Both the position numbers and the translations under genes were made by a program. The notes beneath the pieces are model-generated. The model searched no databases. It was not told where the DNA came from and worked only from the letters and a program-made list of their open reading frames with translations. Shown here piece by piece: positions 53,846 to 64,000 of a DNA stretch of 64,000 bases. The DNA lies in assembly GCA_951406725.2 (NCBI GenBank), contig OX597814.1:142848001-142912000 (forward strand), in the 5' to 3' direction. Source of the DNA: Octopus vulgaris. Its lineage: Eukaryota. Position 1 is the stretch's first letter; the number at the start of each line of letters is the position of its first letter.

Positions 53846-54787
53846 TTTTTGCTAGAATGGAACCGATATATCAATTCAATCTAGACTCTTACAAACGCTA
53901 CACCTTTAAAAAGAAATGGACTTGTTTGATTGGCCCTTTAGAAAAAACGGTCAATCTTCGAGCGATAAACAAAAAGGTCAAAAATATACGTATATATATA
54001 TAAAAAACTTATAAAAATTATTAAATCCGAGGAAAAAACCTTACATTGAATAAAATACATATTGACGTTAATGAAGAAAGTGCAAATCAATGCATAGAAA
54101 TTAAACCTGTTATAAATATTACACTGCAATACATATTTATATTAAAATGTACATATATATATCAACATACACAAAAGGATGCGCGCTAACGCCATACATA
54201 TACAGACGTATGAATATAAATCTAAATATACACATAAATGCATGTGTACATATATTCACGCAAAACCATCTCGCACGCAAGCTAAAATTCATCTATGTAG
54301 CGATTCTCATATACTGAGTAAGGGGGGGAACGAAAGAAAGGGAGAGAGAGAAAAAGGAACGAAGGAGGGGTGGGGAAAAAACGAAAGAAGAAAAAATTAT
54401 GGATACAAGCTGTCTAACGGCATTATTGGCATATATGGAGACATGTATACAACCACAAGTTCGAATGGATACATATACATACAGTCGTGTATGTGTGTGC
54501 TTAAGCACAAACATACTCTCACTTACACATACACAGATACGCATGCTTACAAATACATATCCTTTGCTATACACATCAACATTCTAATTTTGACAACATT
54601 GCTTTTTTTTAAAAAAACATTGCTTTAAAAATAAAAAAATAAAAAAATTGATAAAAATAAAAATAAAAATAAAAATTAAAATATATACGAAAGACATAAA
54701 ATAAAATATAACATCCTATTTTGGATCATTTATAAATAATCAAGGTAATATAAATAATCAAGGTAATCCTATACAATACAAAAACAT

Positions 54788-54949
54788 GGAGCATACAAAA
54801 ATAATTTCAAGTGCAAATTTTGTCTATTAGAAAAAATGTACATCTTATTCAAAGACAATAATTCTTTGAATCAAAGAAGTGAGCTAATGAACTTATGTAG
54901 GCACGCGACTAAATTTAAAATGTCGAATATAAATATACCATATGGATAG
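54788..54949 (+). pseudogene. PLE GIY-YIG endonuclease C-terminal fragment
   Basis: GAYKNNFKCKFCLLEKMYILFKDNNSLNQRSELMNLCRHATKFKMSNINIPYG*; CxxCxxEKxxI...LNxRSE...CRH..KF motif. Confidence 0.85.
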
Positions 54950-56043
54950 AGTGTATATTTTGTATTTTTGATTTTGATTTTGACTCTTGAACGATGAGCG
55001 CTACGATGGATTTTGTTTCCAAGCTATGCGGATCTTAATCCGTATAGCAAAGTCTTATGTTTCCACATATACATTAGGAAAAACCTCCGACTTTGTTTTC
55101 GTGTTTTTGTATTGTATAGGATTACCTTGATTATTTATATTACCTTGATTATTTATAAATGATCCAAAATAGGATGTTATATTTTATTTTATATGTCTTT
55201 CGTATATATTTTAATTTTAATTTTAATTTTTATTAATGCACCCATTTTTTTTTTTTTTAAAGCAATGTTTTTTTAAAAAAAAGCAATGTTGTCAAAATTA
55301 GAATGTTGATGTGTATAGCAAAGGATATGTATTTGTAAGCATGCGTATCTGTGTATGTGTAAGTGAGAGTATGTTTGTGCTTAAGCACACACATACACGA
55401 CTGTATGTATATGTATCCATTCGAACTTGTGGTTGTATACATGTCTCCATATATGCCAATGATGCCGTTACACAGCTTGTATACATAATTTTTTCTTATT
55501 TCGTTTTTTCCCCACCCCTCATTCGTTCCTTTTTCTCTCTCCCTTTCTTTCGTTCCCCCCCTTACTCAGTATATGAGAATCGCTACATAGATGAATTTTA
55601 ACTTGCGTGCGAGATGGTTTTGCGTGAATATATGTACACATGCATTTATGTGTATATTTAGATTTATATTCATACGTCTGTATATGTATGGCGTTAGCGT
55701 GCATCCTTTTGTGTATGTTGATATATATATGTACATTTTAATATAAATATGTATTGCAGTGTAATATTTATAACAGGTTTAATTTCTATGCATTGATTTG
55801 CACTTTCTTCATTAACGTCAATATGTATTTTATTCAATGTAAGGTTTCTTCCTCGGATTTAATAATTTTTATAAGTTTTTTATATATATATATATATACG
55901 TATATTTTTGACCTTTTTGTTTATCGCTCGAAGATTGACCGTTTTTTCTAAAGGGCCAATCAAACAAGTCCATTTCTTTTTAAAGGTGTAGCGTTTGTAA
56001 GAGTCTAGATTGAATTGATATATCGGTTCCATTCTAGCAAAAA

Positions 56044-56081
56044 CTGTCTGATGAACGGCAACGAGAAACTCAGAGTAACAG
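56044..56081 (+). ncRNA. Minimal type I hammerhead ribozyme
   Basis: CTGT-CTGATGA-aCGgcaaCGa-GAA-ACTC-a-GAGT-A-ACAG; stem I CTGT/ACAG; near-palindromic stem III; A-A at the base of stem II. Confidence 0.7.
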
Positions 56082-56189
56082 ATTTTGTTGAATTTTCTGC
56101 TGCTTAAAATAAAGCATATTACTCTACCACTGGTATTTGAGTACTCTTTTTTCCACCTTGTTTCACATTTATGTGTTTACTACGGTATA

Positions 56190-56597
56190 TATATATATAT
56201 ATATATATGAAGCTGAAGTTGTCTGTGTGTGTGTGGCAGGTTTGGTAGCCTTCAACTAACACTATCTCCTCCGAGACCCTGCGTCGCAAGTTGACCAAAA
56301 TTGAGAGTATGATAGAAGAAGGCTTGCTCTTCATTCCGTATAAGAAAAATTCAAATCGGACCATGTTAAGACCAAAAATTATTTACATCAAAAAGGTGCT
56401 TTTTTTCTGTGAAAATTCTTATTTTTTTACGATTTTTTGACTGCTGTGTCGCCATTTTTCGGTGTATTTCAACCAGAAAAATGTTCACTTAAAGAGAATA
56501 ACAAGCTACATAATGCAAAAGTTTTACTTTTTAAAAATTCCAATTCTAAAGAGTCGAAAAGAAAACAAACTCGGGTAACGCTGGGCTATACTGCTAG
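56190..56597 (+). mobile_element. Non-autonomous Helitron related to H2
   Basis: Starts in (TA)n then GAAGTTGTCTGTGTG; ends CTCGGGTAACGCTGGGCTATACTGCTAG. Confidence 0.7.
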
Positions 56598-57322
56598 CTT
56601 TTATAATTTGCATATATTTATTTTATTATAAAGGCAACACAACACCACGGAAGAATCGACGTAAGCTTAAATAATAAACCGCGATAGGTGATCCGCAATA
56701 TGGCGAAGGATTACTGTATAAGTGCCTGAGATCATAATACTCCCACTGGAGTATTATGGAGTTGCAATTTCAAGGGCAGTAATCTTGAGGGAAGAAGTAT
56801 GTCTGTTACAAAGAACTCTGTACTTGACTGGTATTTCATGTTATCGACTCCGATAGGATGAAAAGGAAAGTTGACCACGACAGGGTTTGCAGTCAGAATA
56901 TAAAGAGCCGGAAGAAATGTCGCTAAGCATTTTGACCCTGTGTTAACGATTCTGTTTGTCTCTTTATTATCAGATATACCTTTCCTCAAAATTTATGCCC
57001 TTGTGTCAATGTCAGAAATCCTTATTCTTAATGTTACGAGGGCAAGGGTTAGCAGAATCGGTAGAGCATCTAACAAAGTAACTTATTTAGTCCCGTTTAT
57101 CCTTTCGGAGTCAATAAATAAAAAAAAAAACAGTACCAGTCAGGAGTGGTTGTTCTAAGTCTTTGTGTTGTGAGTTGAAATTCAGCCATGTCCAATTTGG
57201 GTGGTATATCTGAAACAATTAAAAGATACCCAGTTTAACAAACCTGGCGCCTTAGTCTTCGACCTGAGGATAAATACACCATTTTTCCCCACCACCAGTC
57301 TCGAAGGTCTTGTAAAGGATAA

Positions 57323-59025
57323 CACTGGTCAACAAAATTAAATGTATTATACTCATTATGAATGCAAACCAACTCTTTTTAGACTAATTTTTCATGCTGA
57401 TTTCAAAATTTCACTCCATTCGTATGCAGCACGTATCAGATTTTCAGTAGTTAATGCAAATATTTACGTATTTATAATAAATAAGGACATATTATTTTTA
57501 GAAAGTAAAGGAATTTATTGAGTTAGAGATCATCACTATCATTCTACAAAGAGTGAATACACAAAAAATGGGTCAGATAAAGTTAGAACAACAGAGTTAG
57601 AAACATTGTGATTTGGATTTCCTGCGGTGTTCCTGATCTGGTTGATCACGGTAAAGTGTCCAGCAATAGTCAGCCAGCATACTGTAATTCCAGAAGCCTT
57701 GGTACCGTTTCTCCGTTGCACTAATGTCCCGGTGAAATCTTTCACCATGTTCATTAGACACTGCTCCAAGGATATCCGCGAAGAAATCCAGATGGGAGTC
57801 CAAGAAGTGAGCTTTCAGTGACATGCGACAACCCATTGCTGAGTAATATTTCAGAAGATTCTTGATGCCATTCTTGCAGTCCATTGTCTTCTTGTTGCCC
57901 AAGAAATTCTCACAGATCCAATTGCAAAGCATTCCAGACAAACAGTTCCACTTCATCCAGTGTTGTCTTGAAGTTGACATCTATGAGTACTTCTCTAATT
58001 TGGGGGTCCTACAAAGATACCCTGTTTCAACTTCACCTGTGTGATTCTGGGAAGCTTTTCTACAATATACTCAAACCCTCTGGCATTTCACTTCCCTAGT
58101 GTTTTTACAAACTGCTTCATCAGTCCAAGCTTCATGTGCAAAAGAGACACTAGGACATTACATGGATCTACAAGAGGTGTATTCTTGACGCTAGATAGTC
58201 CTGACTGGTATGATTTTGTTGTCTGCCAGTTTGATTCCAAATAATATCTGTCAGTTGCCCGACTATCCCATAGGCACAAGAAACAATAGTATTTTGTGGA
58301 ACCTCACTGCATTCCCATTAACATTCTAATAACTTTTAAATCTCCACCTATTTTCCATGAGTATCTTTCATGGGCAATGGCATGAAGTAAAAGTTCCATA
58401 TGATTCCTGAAGTTGAATGGAGTGGCCAATAGGAATGAAGGGCTTCAAATTAACATGTGCAGCCCATAACTTGTCCTGATCTCCAAGAGGACAGTCAAAG
58501 TATAGCTTATAAATCTTCTTGATCACTGGTGTTATTGTACGTTTTTGAGCTTCCGCAATAAATTGGCCACAGACTTAGCAAAACACATCAGAACGATTTC
58601 TACACTGTTAACACAGCAAAACAAGTAAAGAAATAGATACAAACGATTATATTTATATTGAACGTGAGATGATGAAATATTTCATCAGACCAATTATGAC
58701 TGGACAATTTGAGATGTTGAAATACTTATTTCATCAGACAAAACTTGAATGGTTAATTTATGATGATGAAATATTGCACCTGAACTATGCAGCAATGAAT
58801 AATGTAGTTTATTTTGAAGGTATGTTTCCTTGATGTAAATGAAATACATACATACATCATTAATTGGAATTTTTATATAATGCATGAGCTAAAACAAAAA
58901 AACTTTCTCATCTTGAAAACTGTACGTGATGTCAAAAAACTAATTGTATATTTGAAATCAGCATTAAAAACTGCTCTGAGCACACCTTGACGTATGCTTG
59001 ATAAAAAAATACTTGTTGACCAATG
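57323..59025 (-). mobile_element. Chapaev3-type (CMC) DNA transposon with decayed transposase
   Basis: TIR CACTGGTCAACAA / TTGTTGACCAATG; 3-bp TSD TAA; N-terminal CRNRSDVFC*VCGQ...YKLYFDCPLGDQDK; LHMKLGLMKQFVK; MSLKAHFLDSHLDFF...SNEHGERFH. Confidence 0.8.
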
Positions 59026-60084
59026 TAATGAAAAATGCTTTCCTTTCTGACTAAAAGAGTTAAAAATCAAATCATTCGTTCCTTAGCTGTCTTCCACTTT
59101 TTATCGTTCGGGTGTCGATGAAAATCAATGCAAGTCAAGTTAAATATTGGACTCAAATTTTGGTACAAGGCCAGCAGTTTCAGGTGCAGTGATAAGTTGG
59201 TTGCATCAACCCCAGTGCTCAACTGGTAATTATTTTATCGATACCGAAAGGATGAAAGACATAGTCAACCTCGGTGCAGTTTGAACTCAGAATGTAAAAT
59301 TTATGGTATATTTCCTATTATTCATGGTGGCAAAAGTGCACTTTCAAAATTATCCAATATATAAGGGGTAACATTCAGGTAATACGTACACAAACACACA
59401 CACACACGTATTTTTAACTTTTAATTAATTCAAGCATTAGACAATGGCCATGTTGGAGAGCTGCTTTGAAATAGACAAATGAAGCGACCCCAGTACTTTT
59501 TATTAGAGTCTGGCACTTATTCTATCAGTCTATTTTGCCGAACCGCTAAGTTACGAGGACATAGACACACCACCAGCGGTTGTCAAGCAGTAGGGGGTGA
59601 GAGAGTAAACATGAAGACACACACACCTCACATACATATTTATGTATACAGAGGGCTTCTTTCAATTTCCGTCTACCAAATCCACGCACAAGGCTTTGGT
59701 CGGCCCGGGTCTATTAGTAGAACACACTTGTCCAAGTTGAAACTGAACCCGGAACCATGTCGGTGGGAAGCAAACTTCTTACCACACAGCCTCACCCATA
59801 TACAGTTATTTCAAAAGGTGACCATAGATATTAGTCTATGTTTTCTAAAACATTTCAGACTCCTTGACCTAGAATTGAAAAATAACAAAAGTATGAATGT
59901 TTAGTTATTATGCTACATTCTATATGTTATGTTGGCGTGTATGTCTGAAGGTTTTGTTTATTGCTTGTCTGTATTGCTTTTTTATCATTCCCAAGACACC
60001 CATTATTATTACTCGAAGACCAACTTTTCTCTAAAGCTTGAGAATTAATATAAACAATATGATATATCACTATATATCATACAG

Positions 60085-60317
60085 AAGGCGGCGAGCTGGC
60101 AGAAACGTTAGCACGCCGGGCGAAATGCGTAGCCGTATTTCGTCTGCCGTTACGTTCTGAGTTCAAATTCCGCCGAGGTCGACTTTGCCTTTCATTCTTT
60201 CAGGGTCGATAAATTAAGTACCAGTTACGCACTGGGGTCGATGGAATCGACTTAATCAGTTTATCTGTCCTTGTTTGTCCCCTCTGTGTTTAGCCCCTTG
60301 TGGGTAGTAAAGAAATA
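60085..60317 (+). mobile_element. Young family B SINE
   Basis: TSD GATATATCACTATAT at 60061-60075 and 60318-60332. Confidence 0.9.
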
Positions 60318-60343
60318 GATATATCACTATATGGATCCCTTGT

Positions 60344-60689
60344 ATGCTAAAAATAGACGTCAAACCGTCTTACCACTAAATCTATGTTCTCAACTTAGTA
60401 ACGCGCTAGTCCGAGTGTGTTTGAATCGAAATTTAAATACATGGCATTGGAACTCTACAATCGTATCCTCTCACGGAGACGGGTGGTGTCCAGTTCCATT
60501 GTTGTGTCAGCACCGATTTCACTGAGGAGACACAGACAATTGTTGAATTGTCCATGTCGAAACCTTAAGGTATGGAATTAAGTACTATGTTTATTTCTTT
60601 TCATTTGTCTAGCTCGTAAACATCTAGCGGGTTACTAAGTTGAGAACATAGATTTAGTGGTAAAACAGTTTGACGTCTAATTTTAGCAT
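60344..60689 (+). mobile_element. PLE-type mini element: 66-bp inverted arms around a hammerhead
   Basis: Arms 60344-60409 and 60624-60689. Confidence 0.8.
60516..60578 (+). ncRNA. Type I hammerhead ribozyme with extended stem II
   Basis: ATTTCA-CTGAGGA-GACA..GACAATT-gttg-AATTGTC..TGTC-GAA-ACCTTAAGGT-A-TGGAAT; full core, G-C closing pair, palindromic stem III. Confidence 0.85.
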
Positions 60690-61086
60690 CACTTGACCAG
60701 GGATCCCGAATCACCGAGCCACAGACCAATACCGAGCTGGGGATCATTTGGTACCAGGACGCACAAAAAGAATAAATTTTAGAATTTTATTTCTCTTTTA
60801 TTGACTATCGCAACCTGCGGTGTGTTTTTGCACTATATGCACCTGTATTATATAATAAATAAATAAATCTAACATAATAATGATCTTAGTGTTTTTATAT
60901 AAATGTGTATATATATATATACAAAATGAGAAAATGGAGAAACATACCTAAATCAATCATCAACCATCAGATAATACCCAATCAATACTTTATTAAACCA
61001 TTACATAACAGCAATGACATTATACATAATATATTGCAAATATAACTAGACATGGAAATAGAAATAGAAAATACAATTACACCATA

Positions 61087-61197
61087 TCTGACAGCTGTTT
61101 CGGCCGTGAAGACAGGTATGTCTCATTTAACCTATTAGCCATATAAAGCAGGTATAAATCAGACATTAACAAGAATGTCTCACGGCCTCTTCAGAGA
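61087..61197 (-). ncRNA. Type I hammerhead ribozyme with long stem II insertion, in PLE fragment (about 60920-61560)
   Basis: TCT-CTGAAGA-GGCCGTGA-(about 70 nt)-TCACGGCC-GAA-ACAGCTGT-C-AGA. Confidence 0.8.
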
Positions 61198-61491
61198 ATT
61201 TAATGTATGAAAAAATTTACATATAAATATAAAAATAAAAAATATAAAAATGTGTGCATAGACACTCATAATTCTACACATATATATATACACATTAATA
61301 CAATATAAACAAAATATATCAGTATACATTAACAAACACAATTATTTTCCATATTGGACTCATAGTTCTATAACCAACATCAAGGAAATACATGTACACT
61401 CACAATTAAATTTAAAGCAGACATATATATATAACAGTCCAGTTCATTAAAATGTATAACCACACAAAAAGTCAATAAAATTAATATTAAT

Positions 61492-61529
<38 letters not shown>

Positions 61530-61574
61530 CCATGATTGTACCATGTAAAGCAAGCGGACATCCACATATATACT

Positions 61575-61609
<35 letters not shown>

Positions 61610-61687
61610 TAAAAAATGGAGTTAACGCTCTGGTAACTATTTATTTATTTTTTCGTGTTAATTGTTAACAAGGTAAAAATACACTCA

Positions 61688-61738
<51 letters not shown>

Positions 61739-62028
61739 GCCGGATGCGGAGGAGGAGAGAAAATAGTAATTCAGTGAAGGAGAAGTAGTGAGAGTAGTAG
61801 CCCGGACTGAGAGGGAGTGAGAGAAAGTACTAGCAATGAAAGAAAGGAAGGGGTGAAAAAGATCAGCGTTTCAACTTTGCGTGAGTATATGTGTGTATGT
61901 GTGTGCGTGTACACAATGGAAGTATGTGAACGTTTGTATGTGTAAGTATTATGTACCTTATTGAGTACCTTATTTATATATAAAATATTAGAATTAGTCG
62001 TCATTATTGACGGCACGTGGTAAGCTAG
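61688..62028 (+). mobile_element. Non-autonomous Helitron, family H1
   Basis: A|TC start, hairpin GTCGTCATTATTGACGGC, CTAG|T end; matches 1803-2108. Confidence 0.8.
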
Positions 62029-62269
62029 TTACATGATATGCACTTTACTGGGTTTTGTTACATGTGTGATTCCCAGATCTGTAGAAAAATTGTCTTGCAT
62101 GAAACCTGTCTCTGGTACAAAAAATGTTGGAGAGAGTTGCACTAGACAATCTTCAATTTGAACGATAACTGGGGATCTTTACAGATACTACTACACCAAC
62201 ACAGAGTGGACCTGGAAGTAGTGGTGACTAAGGGTTAACTCCCAAACTAGATGAAGCCTCACCACCTAG

Positions 62270-62405
62270 ATACAGTTTAATGTTTTTCTTGATACATGGT
62301 ACATCAATACACACTTGATTTATTATATTGCGAATGGCTTTCGCTTTCAATGATAAGATTCTAGGTATCTCTAGTTCCAGGTCTTTATACCTGGGTAGTT
62401 TCTCT
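62270..62405 (-). mobile_element. Dong-like endonuclease fragment next to a family C SINE (62407-62705, plus strand)
   Basis: EKLPRYKDLELEIPRILSLKAK resembles EKLSKYKDLEIEVTRMWNLKTE at about 19410-19475. Confidence 0.55.
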
Positions 62406-62571
62406 TGGCGTGGCTGTGCGGTTAGTTTCAGATTCAGTCTTATTGCGCAGCACCTTGGGCAAGTGTCTTCTACTATAGTTTCGGATTGATCGATGCCTTG
62501 TGAGGGAACTTGGTAAACGAAAACTGTATGGAAGCCCTCGTATATATACATATCTGTGTACGTGTGTATGT

Positions 62572-62608
<37 letters not shown>

Positions 62609-62706
62609 ATCACCTTCCCCATTGCGTAACAACCGGAGTTGGTTCTTTACATTCCCATAACATAGCAGTTTGGCAAAAGAATTCTGTTAGAATAAGTACC
62701 AGACTT

Positions 62707-62752
<46 letters not shown>

Positions 62753-62854
62753 ATATATTGATTAAAATGGTAGAACAACAAAAGAAAGAAAGAGACCTCG
62801 ATCATGGCTACCGAATAATTGTCACATATTACATTTACAGATACATATACATAT

Positions 62855-63310
62855 AAACAGCTGCAAGAAGTGATTTTAATGATTTCAATAATTTATTAGG
62901 ATTTTTAAAATTTGTATTCTTATCTTATATGTATTGAATTATAAGATATATATGTATGCTATTAAGGTTTTCATTTTGCTAAATGAATAAATAATCCAAC
63001 ATTCTAAAATCTGTAAGTTGATGAACAAACTAAATTTGTTTCTCCATTTTCTTATATATATATACCACCAAGTAAGTTAGGGGTTGTGGATACAAACCTC
63101 TAGGCTGAAACAGCTGTAAGTGATTTCAATGATTCTAACAATTTATATTAATGTTTTTTTTAATAACTACTTGTATTCTTATCTTAAATGTATTGAATTT
63201 TATACTGTATATATGTATGTTATTATGGTTGTAGTTTTGATTATTAAATAAGGCAACATTCTAATATCCTAAAGCTGATAAACCAACTAATGTGTTTCTC
63301 CATTTTCTTA
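62855..63310 (+). repeat. Diverged tandem pair (period about 253 bp) of PLE pLTR-like units
   Basis: Both units start AAACAGCTG and end GTTTCTCCATTTTCTTA; near-identical motifs occur on the minus strand at 60927-61100. Confidence 0.65.
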
Positions 63311-63328
63311 TTTGTAATTATATATATA

Positions 63329-63399
<71 letters not shown>

Positions 63400-64000
63400 G
63401 GTTCGATTTATTCGATTAAACCATTCAAGGCGGTACCCCAGCATGGGCCGCAGTCCACAGTCCACAGACTAAAACAAGTAGGAGATAAAAGATATTTTTC
63501 AGAGCTACATTGTCGTCTGTTGGAATTGAAGTATCGATTGCTTTGTTTTATTCATCAGTTTTTACAGGTGAATGGAAACATCGGTAAAGATAAAAACAAA
63601 ACACCGTGTAGCATCTTAGTTACGTCTGTTTCTGCTTAACTTGATTTCAGATCCTGTCAGAATCGACTCTGCTTTTCAATCTTTCAGGATCGTTAAAATA
63701 TAAAGTCAGACAAGAACTGAAATCGGTTTAATCGACTGTTTCTTTTACCAAACGTCAATGTTATGGACGTACGTAAGAAATATATTTTCTTTAGACTAAC
63801 AGTTAATTAGTTTCAGATTCTGGTAAATTTGTTTAGCAGTAAGAATTGTAAAGTGAACAATGATTAAGAATTCGAACTGTTAAGTATGTGTAAACATATT
63901 TAATGGCTGAACCATGAAAAGAAAATTAGAGGGCTTATATGCCCCTAAATTAGACTATTTTCTTTAGTCAGTAAACAGTGATCGCTTATAAGCTTTAAGC

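Larger units (their letters stand above)
53775..56185 (+). mobile_element. 5'-truncated Penelope-like element with inverted ~1-kb pLTR copy
   Basis: Arms 53775-54786 and 55102-56114 are near-identical inverted copies; the spacer holds the ORF end; each arm has an HHR. Confidence 0.9.
53622..56716. mobile_element. Tigger/pogo-type MITE expanded by nested PLE and Helitron
   Basis: TA|CAGTAATCCCTCG ... CGAAGGATTACTG|TA; subterminal CCGCGATAGGTGA near both ends. Confidence 0.8.
60698..62139. mobile_element. hAT Charlie/MER1-like MITE hosting a PLE fragment and a Helitron
   Basis: Ends CAGGGATCCCGAA... and ...GAAAAATTGTCTTGCATGAAACC...AAAAAATGTTGGAGAGAGTTG; TSD CACTTGAC / CACTAGAC. Confidence 0.7.

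Noticed and set aside
54179-55951. Duplicated ORF pairs on opposite strands
   Set aside because: Consequence of the PLE inverted arms; low-complexity translations.
60344-60689. Classical DNA-transposon MITE
   Set aside because: No TSD or known TIR signature; the internal hammerhead points to a PLE origin.

Overview
AT-rich animal genomic DNA made up almost entirely of microsatellites and transposable elements. The SINE repertoire and microsatellite load suggest an octopus/cephalopod genome (inference). I cannot support any intact host protein-coding gene; nearly all listed ORFs are microsatellite or SINE artefacts. Supported content: four modular tRNA-derived SINE families; CR1/L2-like, RTE, Tx1/L1-like and RLE-clade (R4/Dong-like) LINE remnants; Chapaev3, hAT, Tc1/pogo-type and Helitron DNA elements; a truncated U2 snRNA retrocopy; and many Penelope-like element (PLE) remnants carrying minimal type I hammerhead ribozymes (HHRs). 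Most interesting signals: (1) a recurrent compact architecture of inverted arm + hammerhead + arm, seen in several unrelated sequences and, at larger scale, in a 1-kb-arm palindrome around a PLE endonuclease C-terminus; (2) an element joining a tRNA-like Pol III head to a hammerhead, present in two diverged copies; (3) a young SINE that inserts at GGT(A) sites including its own, forming multimers, and whose 3' tail matches the tail downstream of a Tx1-like LINE fragment in the window. Weak signs of a decayed, duplicated plus-strand gene lie in the first 21.5 kb. Coordinates were read by eye and may be off by a few bases.
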